Positions 19,450 to 29,198 of a stretch of DNA of 45,234 nt are shown here, one piece after another. A model generated the notes under the pieces. That model was not told where the DNA came from, ran no database searches, and saw nothing but the letters and a program-made list of their open reading frames with translations. The translations under genes and the position numbers were made by a program. How positions within the stretch are numbered: the stretch's first letter is position 1; each line of letters begins with the position of its first letter. The stretch comes from an uncultured Thiotrichaceae bacterium (lineage in GTDB: Bacteria; Pseudomonadota; Gammaproteobacteria; Thiotrichales; Thiotrichaceae): assembly GCA_937931765.1 (NCBI GenBank), contig CALHAO010000227.1, positions 1-45,234 of the forward strand, given 5' to 3'.

Positions 19450-20265
19450 ATGCAGATAACCACGTTGCAAAACCAACCCGTCACTCCTTTGGGACTGGCC
19501 AGTGTGCCCGATAAGGGCATGGATCGTCGTGTTCCGGAACGGGCCGCTGCCGCCGGTATCAATTACTTCTTCTTTTATAACTTAACGTACCCCGATTTTA
19601 TCGATGGCTTAAAGCCCGTGTTGGAAGTGCAACGGGAATCTATTGTGGTCGCTACCGGCTGCCTCGAACGGGATCGGGCTGGTATGCGTAGTTACCTCGA
19701 CCAGGTTCGCAGTGCTCTCAACATTGAAGTGGTAGATGTATTCTACGCCGAGTGGATTCGATCAGACGACGATATGACTCAGGTTTTTGACGAGACTCTG
19801 GACGAGCTGCATCGCTGGAAAGAGCAGGGAGTCATCCGGTATGTCGGTGCCTCCGTACATAACCGTTCGCTCGCCCTTGAGCTATTAGAAAGCGGTAAAG
19901 TCGATGTATTAATGCACCGTTACAATATGGCCCACCGAAAAGCAGAAGACGCTGTTTTGCCTGCTGCCCTCCAACGGGATATACCGGTGGTTTCCTACAC
20001 TAGCACCCGCTGGGGTTCTCTGCTCCAGGGTCATGATGCCTGGGACGGAGATATTCCCACGGCACCGGATTGCTACCGCTATTCTCTCGGCCACCCTGCT
20101 GTTCACCTGACGCTGACTGCGTCGGCGACGCTGGAAGAACTGGAGGAAAATCTGGCGCTTCTGGAGGATCATAGCTTGGATGCCGCGACCAAAAGCCGCT
20201 GGGAAGAGTACGGATATCTGATCTACGGCGATGGCCGTGATGCCTTTGAGACTAAATTTCTTTAA
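19450..20265 (+). CDS. Aldo/keto reductase family protein (short, divergent)
   Basis: VDVFY, KEQGVIRYVGASVH, MHRYNMAH, LEELEENL. Confidence 0.8.
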   Translation: MQITTLQNQPVTPLGLASVPDKGMDRRVPERAAAAGINYFFFYNLTYPDFIDGLKPVLEVQRESIVVATGCLERDRAGMRSYLDQVRSALNIEVVDVFYAEWIRSDDDMTQVFDETLDELHRWKEQGVIRYVGASVHNRSLALELLESGKVDVLMHRYNMAHRKAEDAVLPAALQRDIPVVSYTSTRWGSLLQGHDAWDGDIPTAPDCYRYSLGHPAVHLTLTASATLEELEENLALLEDHSLDAATKSRWEEYGYLIYGDGRDAFETKFL

Positions 20266-20277
20266 GAGGGGAGTGTA

Positions 20278-21399
20278 ATGAACCAATCGGCAATCCACTG
20301 GAAACAGGGCTTTCAGCTTCAGGCGCACCACACTGAGGAAAATAATATCCGTATTCTGCTTGTTGGGGATAGTGTTATTGCCGGAACGGAATTTATCCGG
20401 GATTTTCATGAGCACATTGAGGATGTCGGCAGTGGGAAGAGGTGCGAGATAGTCAAGCAAATCACTACCGAAGCAATGGGCTGGAAATTCCTGTTGTTTC
20501 TCGCAGATGAAATCCCCCGGGATGTCGATTTTATCTTTGTATTTCTTCATGCTGCGGAAACGATAGCAAAGCCCTCTGAGTTCAGGCATGTGTATGCATT
20601 ATTCAGCCACCTTCATGCTGCTTGTGCCCGTGAGGGTAAGGTGTTGCCCCATGTCGTTATCTTCCGAACGCCAACCGGTAGCAGTTACGGTGAGTTTAAG
20701 CCTGAATTATGCCAGCTTGAAGAGAGGGTTCATCAGGAACTGGGGGCTTCTCTTGTTGAAATTGCTTCCCCGCAGACCGATATGCGTGAAGATGAAACGC
20801 ATTACACAGAAGAGGGTATATTAAATCTGTCAAGGCTTGTCGCAGAGTTCTGTGACAAGCTCCAGAAAGTTCAGGTATTTCATGAAGGAGGAGACTCGAA
20901 TACATCGCTTAGCAACGCAGTGAAACTCAAGCTGCTGCGGCAGAAAACGGCAAAATCTAGTTCTTCTGGGGATATTTGCCGGTTACACCTCGAGCCGTCG
21001 TTTCTGGAGGTGGAGTATTTGTTTCCCCATGAATCTATTCGGGTGCAGGAGATTGGAAAAGAGGTGCTTTGTCTGTGTTTTATTGGCCCTTATTCCGGGG
21101 TTTTGGCGGTTAACACGGCTACGGATTCTCATGCGATCACGCTGTCAGACTCATGGTGTACAGTTTCCCGCCCTTATGTCGTGTCTCTCGCCTGCTCCGG
21201 GGCGAGTGTAGAACAGAATTTGGAAATTACACTGACGGATGAAATACCTAAAGTGAAAAAATACACGCTGTCTGAGCGCTTCGATCATGAGCCATTAATC
21301 GATCAAAGTAAGCGGTCATTCGAGTTTGAGATTTCTGACTATCGCTATGCCGGGCCTACCTTGTTCCCGTTTGTGGCTTTTTGTGTCATTGATTATTAA
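20278..21399 (+). CDS. SGNH/GDSL-hydrolase-domain protein with unknown C-terminal domain
   Basis: ILLVGDS block I and DETHY (DxxH) block V. Confidence 0.55.
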   Translation: MNQSAIHWKQGFQLQAHHTEENNIRILLVGDSVIAGTEFIRDFHEHIEDVGSGKRCEIVKQITTEAMGWKFLLFLADEIPRDVDFIFVFLHAAETIAKPSEFRHVYALFSHLHAACAREGKVLPHVVIFRTPTGSSYGEFKPELCQLEERVHQELGASLVEIASPQTDMREDETHYTEEGILNLSRLVAEFCDKLQKVQVFHEGGDSNTSLSNAVKLKLLRQKTAKSSSSGDICRLHLEPSFLEVEYLFPHESIRVQEIGKEVLCLCFIGPYSGVLAVNTATDSHAITLSDSWCTVSRPYVVSLACSGASVEQNLEITLTDEIPKVKKYTLSERFDHEPLIDQSKRSFEFEISDYRYAGPTLFPFVAFCVIDY

Positions 21400-21496
21400 A
21401 GGGCAGCTATTGGGCATCCGTTCGGCCTTATTTTACAACAGAATTCAATTCAATCTTGCCCTCCCATCTTCCGCACCCGATCGGCGACATGGAAAT

Positions 21497-21807
21497 AATG
21501 GTCATCATGCTCGTTACTATCGTTACCAGCGGGTCACTGACTATCTGAAAGGTAAGCGTTGTCGAATTCGGTTGCACTTCCTTCCTCCTTACTCACCTAA
21601 CCTGAACCTGATTGAACGGTTATGGGGACTGTTGAAACGGGAAGTGATTTATAACCGATATTACGAAAAGTTTGCGCATTTCAAAATGGCTGTCATGGAT
21701 TTCTTTCGGCATACTGAGCAATATGCCGAGAAGATTCAATCATTAATGGTTGAAAATTTTGGAATCATGAAAACATGAAATCCGAATCTTCATTTGCCGT
21801 GAGTATA
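21497..21807 (+). mobile_element. IS630-family transposase 3' remnant with putative right end
   Basis: HARYY..LHFLPPYSPNLNLIERLWGLLK; ends ..gccgtgagtaTA at 21807, consistent with a TA target. Confidence 0.8.
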
Positions 21808-21885
21808 CCGTCTGAAGACCAAAGTGGTACATACTTACTTGTACAAACATCTTTCACCATTCAGGAGAAAGGTGGCTGGTCGTTG

Positions 21886-22122
21886 TTAGGCTGCTGCGGC
21901 TTCACTAGGAAGTGCAGCTTCCTGTTTTGCGAGTTTTCTTTTATTAAATTTTCCGCCGATTATGCGATAAGCTCCAATGCCTAGCAGGGCACCACCCGCC
22001 GTCGCCATGATTATTGGATGTGATAAAGCAAAGGCTGCACTGGTCTGTCCAACGCTAGCCAGGGAGTGGCCGACGGCAGAAAGTGTGCCACTAGAACTCG
22101 CTGCTACTGTTCCAGCTTCCAT
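21886..22122 (-). CDS. Small Ala/Gly-rich membrane protein, copy 1
   Basis: 78 aa, AGGAG RBS, HPIIMATAGGALLGIGAY plus basic tail; paralog at 42586. Confidence 0.8.
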   Translation of the reverse strand: MEAGTVAASSSGTLSAVGHSLASVGQTSAAFALSHPIIMATAGGALLGIGAYRIIGGKFNKRKLAKQEAALPSEAAAA

Positions 22123-22216
22123 AAGTTAACTCCTTTTACTAAAGATCAATAACTCCATTATTGGTACAAGGAGAAAATCAAGTCAAGGTGGTGAATAGAG
22201 ATTTTGCCTTCTGTAT

Positions 22217-22232
22217 TGTTAAGTTTTGTTAA
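22217..22232 (+). promoter_or_regulatory. Direct-repeat box TGTTAA-gttt-TGTTAA
   Basis: In a divergent promoter; conserved in the paralogous intergenic region at 42907. Confidence 0.7.
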
Positions 22233-22327
22233 GAGACCTGTGCTATTAGTGACATAGCTGGTAATACTCTTGTAAAAGTGGGCGAAGTTGAGACAAGCCC
22301 GAATCAATCAACAGATCAGAGGCAAAT

Positions 22328-22939
22328 ATGACAGAAGATATAACGGTAGAACAGCCCGGAGTACGCAATATTGATCCGGAAGTTGCCATAGCAGCGATTA
22401 GTAGTGAGGCGCACGACCTTGCCGCGAATAATATCGTTAAAAATCATATTATTGCCAGTATCGCTATGGGGCTGGTGCCGGTGCCACTGTTTGATTTGGC
22501 GGCTCTGGTGACAACGCAGATGAATATGTTGCGCAGTCTGAGCGATCACTACGGTTTACCTGGGAGTGATACAGATACCAAAACTCTGATTACATCACTG
22601 ATTAGCGGTTCTCTGCCGGTACTGGGCGTTGTTGGATTAAGCAGCTTTGCTAAACTGATTCCAGGTATTGGTTCGTTAGTGGGCAGTGCAAGTTTAAGCA
22701 TCAGTGCGGGTGCGGTGACTTATGCGGTGGGGCAAACCTTTATTATGCACTTTGAAGCAGGGGGCACGGTAGACGATTTTGAGCCAAAACAGGCTCAGGT
22801 ATTTTTCAAACGCGAGTTTGATAAAGGCAAGCAGTTCGTACGCGATATTCGCGATGAAATTCGCTCTCCTATGGAAGATGAGGCAGAGGAAACAGCGGCG
22901 AATAGCGAAAATCAGACAGCAGACAGCAGACAGTCATGA
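22328..22939 (+). CDS. DUF697/YcjF-like protein
   Basis: IVKNH..GLVPVPLFD..Q..KLIPGIG..TYAVG..HFEAGG. Confidence 0.85.
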   Translation: MTEDITVEQPGVRNIDPEVAIAAISSEAHDLAANNIVKNHIIASIAMGLVPVPLFDLAALVTTQMNMLRSLSDHYGLPGSDTDTKTLITSLISGSLPVLGVVGLSSFAKLIPGIGSLVGSASLSISAGAVTYAVGQTFIMHFEAGGTVDDFEPKQAQVFFKREFDKGKQFVRDIRDEIRSPMEDEAEETAANSENQTADSRQS

Positions 22940-23026
22940 AGTGGTAGGCGATGCTGATAATACTGAAGAAAAAAAGCCGGTGTGAGTGAGGGGTTGCCTA
23001 AAAACCGATGAGTAAAACACCCTTGA

Positions 23027-23365
23027 ATGACCCAAATGATGACTCAGGCAGTTACTGTCTGTGCTGCTACGTTATTGGCGGAAAATGCTTTGCTGGTAGC
23101 GCAGGCAAATAGCGTGCGACTTAAACAGGAAAAGAAAAAGCTACTGTGTGAACATGCCGATGACATCATTAAGTAAAATGTTATCCGTTCTATGATTTTA
23201 GGGCTTATACCGGTTCCGACACTTGATATCCTCGCCCTGACCCATGCGCAATTCAAAATGACGGATGATTTACTCAAATTGTATGGTATCGCACACAGTA
23301 AGATCGGGTGCTCAGGTGACCTGCTGCATAACTCAATTATAGATCTAGCTCCGGGTGTTGATTAA
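23027..23365 (+). pseudogene. DUF697 pseudogene (paralog of 43638)
   Basis: ADDIIK*NVIRSMILGLIPVPTLDILALTHAQFKMTDDLLKLYG; TAA at 23174-23176; similarity stops at about 23308. Confidence 0.85.
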
Positions 23366-23489
23366 ATTTCAAATAACCACATAGAAAATAATAAAATTAA
23401 ATAATTTTAATCAAAAAAACTACATATCTGACGTGCATATGGCATACTTTTTTAATGAGTGGTTTTTTTAAGTAATAACTCTGGCTTAA

Positions 23490-23505
23490 TGTCAAGAAAT
23501 GTTAC
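23490..23505 (+). promoter_or_regulatory. Direct-repeat box TGTCAA-gaaa-TGTTAC
   Basis: 70 bp upstream of the likely ATG at 23576. Confidence 0.6.
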
Positions 23506-23575
23506 ATGTACTTTATTAATACACACAAAAAGTGTAATAATTAAACAATTTGAAACGTTTCACCGGAAGAAAGCT

Positions 23576-24451
23576 ATGTCAGAAAGAAAAGTTAGTGCTG
23601 CTGATAAATCAACAAAACCTTCTCCTCCCCGACGTAAAAAACCAACACTATCTCAACAAGTGAAAGATCAAGCTACGGTTATTGCCGAATTGACGGCTGA
23701 ACTTAATAAGAAAAAAAATGAATTATTAATATTGAACAAACAGACCCACTTGATCGACCAATTGAATCATAAACTGCAGCTCGCCGAGCATGCGATGAAG
23801 GAAGATCGTACACAATCCTCAGTTCATGACAAGGTAATTACAGAACTTCAGGAACAACTTGTGGAAAAAGAGCAGCAAGTAACAACAGTTGGGGAACAAA
23901 CTGCATTGATTGATGAACTAACGGAAAAGCTTCAGGAAGTAGAAATTAAGCTACTTGCAACACATCTACAAAATAAGCATGTGGTTGCCCAAAACACTGT
24001 GAAAACTCATATGTTGGCAGGCATGGCGCTTGGCGTGCTTCCGGCCCCCCTATTTGATATAGCGGCATTGACAGGAACTCAGCTGAATTTGTTACGTAGC
24101 CTTAGCCGACATTATGGTGTTGATTTCGATGAAAAGACCGGCAATACAATCTTAACATCTCTGGTGAGTGGTTCCTTACCCGTATTGACGGTATTAGGTT
24201 TAAGCAGTTTTGCCAAGATTATCCCTGGCATTGGCACTATTGGGGGGAGTATTGGTGTAACTACTCTGGCAGGTTGCATAATCTATGCGACTGGTCAAGT
24301 GTTCATTCGACATTTTGAAACAGGTGGTACGTTCGAAGACTTCAATAGTAAACATTGGAAAAGCTTTTTTAAGGAGCAGCTTCAGGAAGGCAAAAAGAAC
24401 CTTCACATAAAAAAAGACGTTAACAATACAAAAATTACAGATCTAGCTTAA
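23576..24451 (+). CDS. Coiled-coil plus DUF697 protein
   Basis: Internally repeated coiled coil (QATVIAELTAEL / QTHLIDQLNHKL / QTALIDELTEKL), then GVLPAPLFD..KIIPGIG..HFETGG; start reassigned to MSERK. Confidence 0.82.
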   Translation: MSERKVSAADKSTKPSPPRRKKPTLSQQVKDQATVIAELTAELNKKKNELLILNKQTHLIDQLNHKLQLAEHAMKEDRTQSSVHDKVITELQEQLVEKEQQVTTVGEQTALIDELTEKLQEVEIKLLATHLQNKHVVAQNTVKTHMLAGMALGVLPAPLFDIAALTGTQLNLLRSLSRHYGVDFDEKTGNTILTSLVSGSLPVLTVLGLSSFAKIIPGIGTIGGSIGVTTLAGCIIYATGQVFIRHFETGGTFEDFNSKHWKSFFKEQLQEGKKNLHIKKDVNNTKITDLA

Positions 24452-24464
24452 AAGGTAAGCAATT

Positions 24465-25244
24465 ATGAGCATTATAACGGATAATTTGTTTCCGGCTCGA
24501 CCATTTTTTATTGAATTTTCTGATACTTACCTTCATGGGGACGTATTGCATAAATTTAGTGCGGAGGAAGATCCTCCATCAATATTGTTCCTACACGGTG
24601 ACTCACCGTCAGATAATCGCAGTGAACTTCTTGTGCTTCGCCAACTGCTGCTGCATTACTATAATGTAACCTCTTGTGCTTTTGATTTTCTGGGACACGG
24701 ATGTAGCAGTGGTAGTGGAAAGCAGAAGTCTTTGCAGCAGCGGGCGGAGCAAGCTACAGATGTCATTGATTCTTGCTTTGATTCTCAACCATTCAGTATT
24801 GTTGCCGCAGAGTCCGGCATTTATACCGCCTTGAAATTACTTGAGACAGCGCCTGTAGAAAATTTAGTTTTAATTGCGCCAACGATTCACAACCCTGAAA
24901 CCCATGCACTCAATTTGGGGGAAATATTTGGAGAACAACAGCTCTGTGCTTCACAAAGCCCTGAGAACTCTGATGTGTTCTACAAGGCACTCCAGAATTT
25001 TCAAGGAGAAATATGCATGATTGCGGCGAGCCAAAATGAGGTTATTTCATTAGAACTAACTAAGGTATCAGACTGGGCTAATGTATTTTCCCAAGAGTGC
25101 CATATTCCTGATAGCTCTCGTCCATTAATGGATTTTGATAATACTAAAGCAAATATTTTGATTAACATTGCTAGCATTATCAAAAATTTCGCTACGGAAC
25201 GTTCTTTTATCGAAGATGATTTGCCAAAGAGCAAATGCGCATGA
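24465..25244 (+). CDS. Alpha/beta-hydrolase-fold protein with degenerate nucleophile elbow
   Basis: ILFLHG, AFDFLGHG, LVLIAP; IVAAESG in place of GxSxG. Confidence 0.7.
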   Translation: MSIITDNLFPARPFFIEFSDTYLHGDVLHKFSAEEDPPSILFLHGDSPSDNRSELLVLRQLLLHYYNVTSCAFDFLGHGCSSGSGKQKSLQQRAEQATDVIDSCFDSQPFSIVAAESGIYTALKLLETAPVENLVLIAPTIHNPETHALNLGEIFGEQQLCASQSPENSDVFYKALQNFQGEICMIAASQNEVISLELTKVSDWANVFSQECHIPDSSRPLMDFDNTKANILINIASIIKNFATERSFIEDDLPKSKCA

Positions 25245-25686
25245 ATAAACACCTGCATAATCACTTGAAAGACACCTACTCTCAAATATTCAATAAGTCA
25301 AATGGATTTGAGTATTAAATAAATTTATGATATTGCTTAACAAAATATGAACAAAACCTTTGATGAGTGGGTCAAAAAGATGCTACTCTTACAGTAGTGA
25401 AGTAGAGAGCACTATCCTCAGGTGAAACTATTAGAATTAATGATTGATGTACATGTTAATTTTTATAACATATAACATAAAAAATTCAATATCTTTTCTC
25501 CATAAAACAACAAACAAAAAAAATTCAGACCTCTATTAATATTCTTGTTTCGCGAGAACAGGTTATTTAAACCAGAAAAATTAAGAATTATTTTTCTACA
25601 AGCCAGTATCCCTGCAGTTGCTAATGACGGCTGATAAAAGCTGCTTTCTAATAAGTAAAGGGTAGGCGTCATATCAATAAAGAGGC

Positions 25687-26412
25687 ATGTCACAGTTGGG
25701 TAGAACATTCGGTAGTTCTGAAAAAAAGCGATTATTAGTGATTGAAGACAACGATTCACTATGTAACTCTTTGAAAGAGAGTTTACAGTCTAGTGGTCAT
25801 GATGTTGAGTTACTATTTAATGGTGTAGACATCCCCAGAAAAATGGAACGCAGCAGCTTTCATCTTGTTGTTTTAAGTCTCGAACTACCAGATAAAAATA
25901 GTTTATATTGGATTAAGTGGCTTAAAAGTTACTACCCATGTATACCTGTCATTATTACTTCTAAAAATATAACGCCCGAGAGTCGATTGCAGAATCTTGA
26001 GTCGGGTGCACGTGACTATATTATCAAGCCTTTTTTAAACGAAGAACTACTAATTAAAATTAAGTTTTTTCTTGGGGGAAACACCTATAATACACAACAG
26101 CAATCCATTATAGAGATAGGGGATTTTTCTCTGGATATAGCTAATAAGCAGATAATTAAACATGATGAAATTATTCCACTCACACAGCTGGAATGTAAAA
26201 TCCTTCAGTTATTACACATGAATGTCGGCATACCGCTTGACAGAGAAGATTTAATGTGGCAAACAATGGGGGTACGCTATGTCCATTCGAACCGCAGTAT
26301 TGATACTCATATCAACCGACTCAGGAAAAAAATAGAAGATGTACCTTCTAAACCTATCTACATCCGTACTTTGAGGGGGCGGGGTTATTGTTTTCATTTA
26401 CCTGAGCGCTGA
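25687..26412 (+). CDS. Orphan atypical OmpR/PhoB-family response regulator
   Basis: VIED, DYIIKPF, winged helix RSIDTHINRLRKKIE..IRTLRGRGY; the phosphoacceptor position reads LVVLSLELP. Confidence 0.88.
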   Translation: MSQLGRTFGSSEKKRLLVIEDNDSLCNSLKESLQSSGHDVELLFNGVDIPRKMERSSFHLVVLSLELPDKNSLYWIKWLKSYYPCIPVIITSKNITPESRLQNLESGARDYIIKPFLNEELLIKIKFFLGGNTYNTQQQSIIEIGDFSLDIANKQIIKHDEIIPLTQLECKILQLLHMNVGIPLDREDLMWQTMGVRYVHSNRSIDTHINRLRKKIEDVPSKPIYIRTLRGRGYCFHLPER

Positions 26413-26514
26413 TTGCAAGTGGATACCATGTATTTTTGGTGTTAGCGTGCTGCTTGTCTGCTTCAAACCAGATTATGATTATTTCTGAAAGTCGAAAGTT
26501 TCTTATGATGTAAG

Positions 26515-26530
26515 TTAATAATTCTTAACA
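26515..26530 (-). promoter_or_regulatory. Direct-repeat box TGTTAA-gaat-TATTAA
   Basis: About 60 bp upstream of the ATG at 26588. Confidence 0.55.
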
Positions 26531-26587
26531 ATTTTAGCTTATATTTGGTTGTATAATGCAAAGGTAACGTTCTTATCAAAGGAGTTT

Positions 26588-26857
26588 ATGATGTTCCCAT
26601 TTAATTTTGTTGTTGGTGCTGCAGTAGGTGCCGCTGCTACCTATATTTATAAAGATGAACCCGCTAAGAAACGCTTGGGAGAAACAGGCACAAAGCTAAA
26701 AGAGGGTGTTAGTTCTTTTATGGCTTCCTTCCGAAAAAAGCCAGAGCCTGAAATTGAGGGTATGGCTGAAGGTGTTGTCGAAGTTGTTTCTGAAGAAGTG
26801 GATGCTGAAACCATTGTTGCGAATGTTGAAGATTCAAAACAAAGTAACCCAACCTAA
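26588..26857 (+). CDS. Small YtxH-like GxxxG membrane-anchored protein with acidic tail
   Basis: AAGGAG RBS; FVVGAAVGAAATYIYKD, basic middle, Glu/Val-rich C-terminus. Confidence 0.72.
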   Translation: MMFPFNFVVGAAVGAAATYIYKDEPAKKRLGETGTKLKEGVSSFMASFRKKPEPEIEGMAEGVVEVVSEEVDAETIVANVEDSKQSNPT

Positions 26858-26865
26858 TTTATCAA

Positions 26866-26893
26866 AAACTCGGCCTCAAGCAGAGCCGGGTTT
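26866..26893. terminator. Stem-loop between convergent genes
   Basis: aaactcggc...gccgggttt flanked by A/T runs. Confidence 0.5.
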
Positions 26894-26974
26894 ATCAAAA
26901 GCGATAAGTTTACTCGGGACAAGCCAAACCTCTCCAGGTCTCTTTCAAGTGTGTTGGCAGGGTTGTCAAATTGA

Positions 26975-29074
26975 TTACTCTGCCAATGCGATATTCTTAT
27001 TGGCTAAGCCCTCCCTAAAAATTTCCTGAAAATCCCCGCGTTGCTGCTGGCTATCAAAATTATCTAAACTGCCGCCTTTTTCATAATGATTCATTAATAC
27101 TTTACCAGTTGCATAGGTAACTGACCCGGCCAGCACTGACAAACTGGCACCACCACCTAAGGTACCAATGCCGGGAATAAGCTTGCTAATGCTACTCAAC
27201 CCCATGATAGCTGTCGCGGGTAATGAGCCGCCTAACATCGCAGCAATTACTGCTTTTCCACGCTTCCTATCAAAATCCACACCGTAGTGCTCACTGAGAC
27301 TTTGCAATAGGCTAAGTTGCGTCCCTGTTAATGTGGCAACATCTAAGAATGGAATTGGAATAGCACTCATTGTCATAGCGGCAGCAACATGTTTCCTGAG
27401 TAGCTTTTGGGCCTGCTGATATTTTGTTTTGGGATCAGCTCCGGTTTCCTGTGCAATTTCAGCGTTTAATACCGTTTCTTTTTTATCCTGAGTTGCGTTT
27501 ACTGCTTCCTCTGATTGGGGAGGTTCCTCTACTGTTCGTGCTTCAGGTAAAACGTTCTTGGCAGTGTCGCAGGGCAATACATCACTTAATTCAGATTCGT
27601 TAGTTACGCTACCAGTTAACGCAGAATTATTGCTGATTTTAGATTCGGTCATTACCTTGGTAGTAACCGCTTCCCCAAGGGTTGCCTCAGGCTCCTTCTC
27701 AGTAGCAAACGTAATACCTTCATCTTTATTTGCTCCCTGCAAAACCATTTCTCTTTCCTGCAAACGTTTGAGAATATGGTCGGTATGCACCCGTAAAGTA
27801 TAAAACTCTGACATGTATGACAATGGCACTGATACTTCTTGGGCCAGTTCACTATGTAGTTTTTTTGTATCGATGATCGCTTGCTTGATAGTCGTCAACG
27901 TATATTGATCTAGCTCACGGTCAACCCTATTAAGGTTTTTATACCAACGAAAAGTGCGTGAGCGGATACGCCAAGCGTAAAGTGGCATAAAGCCCTTAAC
28001 TAAAGGGAACAGTAACGTCAACAGCGGGATCAGCAGAATTTTAAATTGATCTATGCGTGCAGCTATTGAGAATGGTAAATATTTTTCCAGAAAAGAAGGC
28101 CCATTTTCCAAATATTGCTCAGCATCCGGGTGAATTGGAATTTCCAGGTGGTGGCGGGATGGAAATTGCCAGGCTTTCTCTAATAGTCCGGGTTTATGGT
28201 GGATATTCAGGGCCGCACGAGCCAATAATCGTACATGATCTGCATGTATATTTTCCCCAACGACCAAAGCAGCCGTTGCGGTCAGTAACGTTTTGTCTTG
28301 GCCAGGAATATTTTCTTGCAAATTGAGTGTTCCCCGGCTCAAATTCAGGCGGTTTAGAAAAGGGTAGTGCCTGATATATGCATCTGCATGACGCTCAAAA
28401 TTCATGATTTTGAGCGTTTTGTCACTGCTTAATATTTTTATGCTTTCAGATTCAGGTGCAGCGACGAAAAAAGCTACGTCAATTTCACCAGCTTGGATTT
28501 TTCTGACGGCTTCTTCACTATCGAGACTGAGTAAACTCGTATTACTCTGATTGAGGCCATTATCGTTCAGTAGGCGTTTGACTAACGCATTTGTACCGCT
28601 ACCTTCAGCACCAATGGCTAATTTTTTGCCTTCGAGTTGCTTAAGGTAACAAAGGTTTTTATGGTAGCTTGCTTTAGTGGTGAAAACCCACAGGGGTTCG
28701 TAAAACAGGCTAGCGACAGAATGTAAGCCCATATCAGGTGAAACTTCTGCACCAATTCCACCTTGAATAAAAGCCAAGTCAACTTTATTATCCAACAACA
28801 GCTGTAATGATTCGACTGAGCCAGCAGTGCTTTGTAGCTCTAGCTCAATACCCGCTGTTTGCAATGCTTGTTGATATTTTTGTGCGTACTGATAATAAGC
28901 CCCGCCTTCGCTACCTGCTGCAATACGCAGTTGATTAGCAGCCGATGGGGGGACAAACAACCAGGCAATGTAGAAACCTGCAGCGAGAATAAAAATCAGG
29001 GGCAAGCAGATTTTGCAGAAATCACACTTCAGTTTCATCTTGGGCTTATGGGTTTGTGTAGGACGTAAACACAT
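26975..29074 (-). CDS. TAXI-family TRAP solute-binding/membrane protein fused to a C-terminal DUF697
   Basis: IAAGSEGGAYY, STAGSVE, FIQGG, FYEPLW, GAEGSGT, GPSFLEKYLPF, VPLSYMSEFY; acidic linker; AIPIPFLD..KLIPGIG..HYEKGG. The start may be 29038. Confidence 0.85.
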   Translation of the reverse strand: MCLRPTQTHKPKMKLKCDFCKICLPLIFILAAGFYIAWLFVPPSAANQLRIAAGSEGGAYYQYAQKYQQALQTAGIELELQSTAGSVESLQLLLDNKVDLAFIQGGIGAEVSPDMGLHSVASLFYEPLWVFTTKASYHKNLCYLKQLEGKKLAIGAEGSGTNALVKRLLNDNGLNQSNTSLLSLDSEEAVRKIQAGEIDVAFFVAAPESESIKILSSDKTLKIMNFERHADAYIRHYPFLNRLNLSRGTLNLQENIPGQDKTLLTATAALVVGENIHADHVRLLARAALNIHHKPGLLEKAWQFPSRHHLEIPIHPDAEQYLENGPSFLEKYLPFSIAARIDQFKILLIPLLTLLFPLVKGFMPLYAWRIRSRTFRWYKNLNRVDRELDQYTLTTIKQAIIDTKKLHSELAQEVSVPLSYMSEFYTLRVHTDHILKRLQEREMVLQGANKDEGITFATEKEPEATLGEAVTTKVMTESKISNNSALTGSVTNESELSDVLPCDTAKNVLPEARTVEEPPQSEEAVNATQDKKETVLNAEIAQETGADPKTKYQQAQKLLRKHVAAAMTMSAIPIPFLDVATLTGTQLSLLQSLSEHYGVDFDRKRGKAVIAAMLGGSLPATAIMGLSSISKLIPGIGTLGGGASLSVLAGSVTYATGKVLMNHYEKGGSLDNFDSQQQRGDFQEIFREGLANKNIALAE

Positions 29075-29101
29075 AATCTATCACCAAATTTCAAGATAAA
29101 G

Positions 29102-29117
29102 TGTCAAGAAATGTTGC
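29102..29117 (+). promoter_or_regulatory. Degenerate box TGTCAA-gaaa-TGTTGC
   Basis: In the divergent gap between the TAXI-DUF697 gene and the truncated ATPase-like gene. Confidence 0.45.
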
Positions 29118-29198
29118 GCAATCATTAATGGTGGTTGAGTAGCAAACATAATGGTGTATATTATTCTTTGGTGCAAAGACATAAATGCAGGTGTTAAT

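Noticed and set aside
18646-20589. Long antisense ORFs such as 18646..19395 and 19909..20589 (also 9632..10357)
   Set aside because: They shadow well-supported genes on the opposite strand and carry no motifs.
21326-21496. N-terminal part of the 150-aa ORF as transposase
   Set aside because: IS630 similarity starts only near 21500; the upstream part is read-through of unrelated DNA.
23044-23277. 77-aa minus-strand ORF
   Set aside because: It is the antisense of the DUF697 pseudogene on the plus strand.
25336-25353. Possible box upstream of the regulator (minus strand TGTTCA-tattt-TGTTAAG)
   Set aside because: 11-bp period and a mismatch in very AT-rich DNA; cannot be distinguished from chance.
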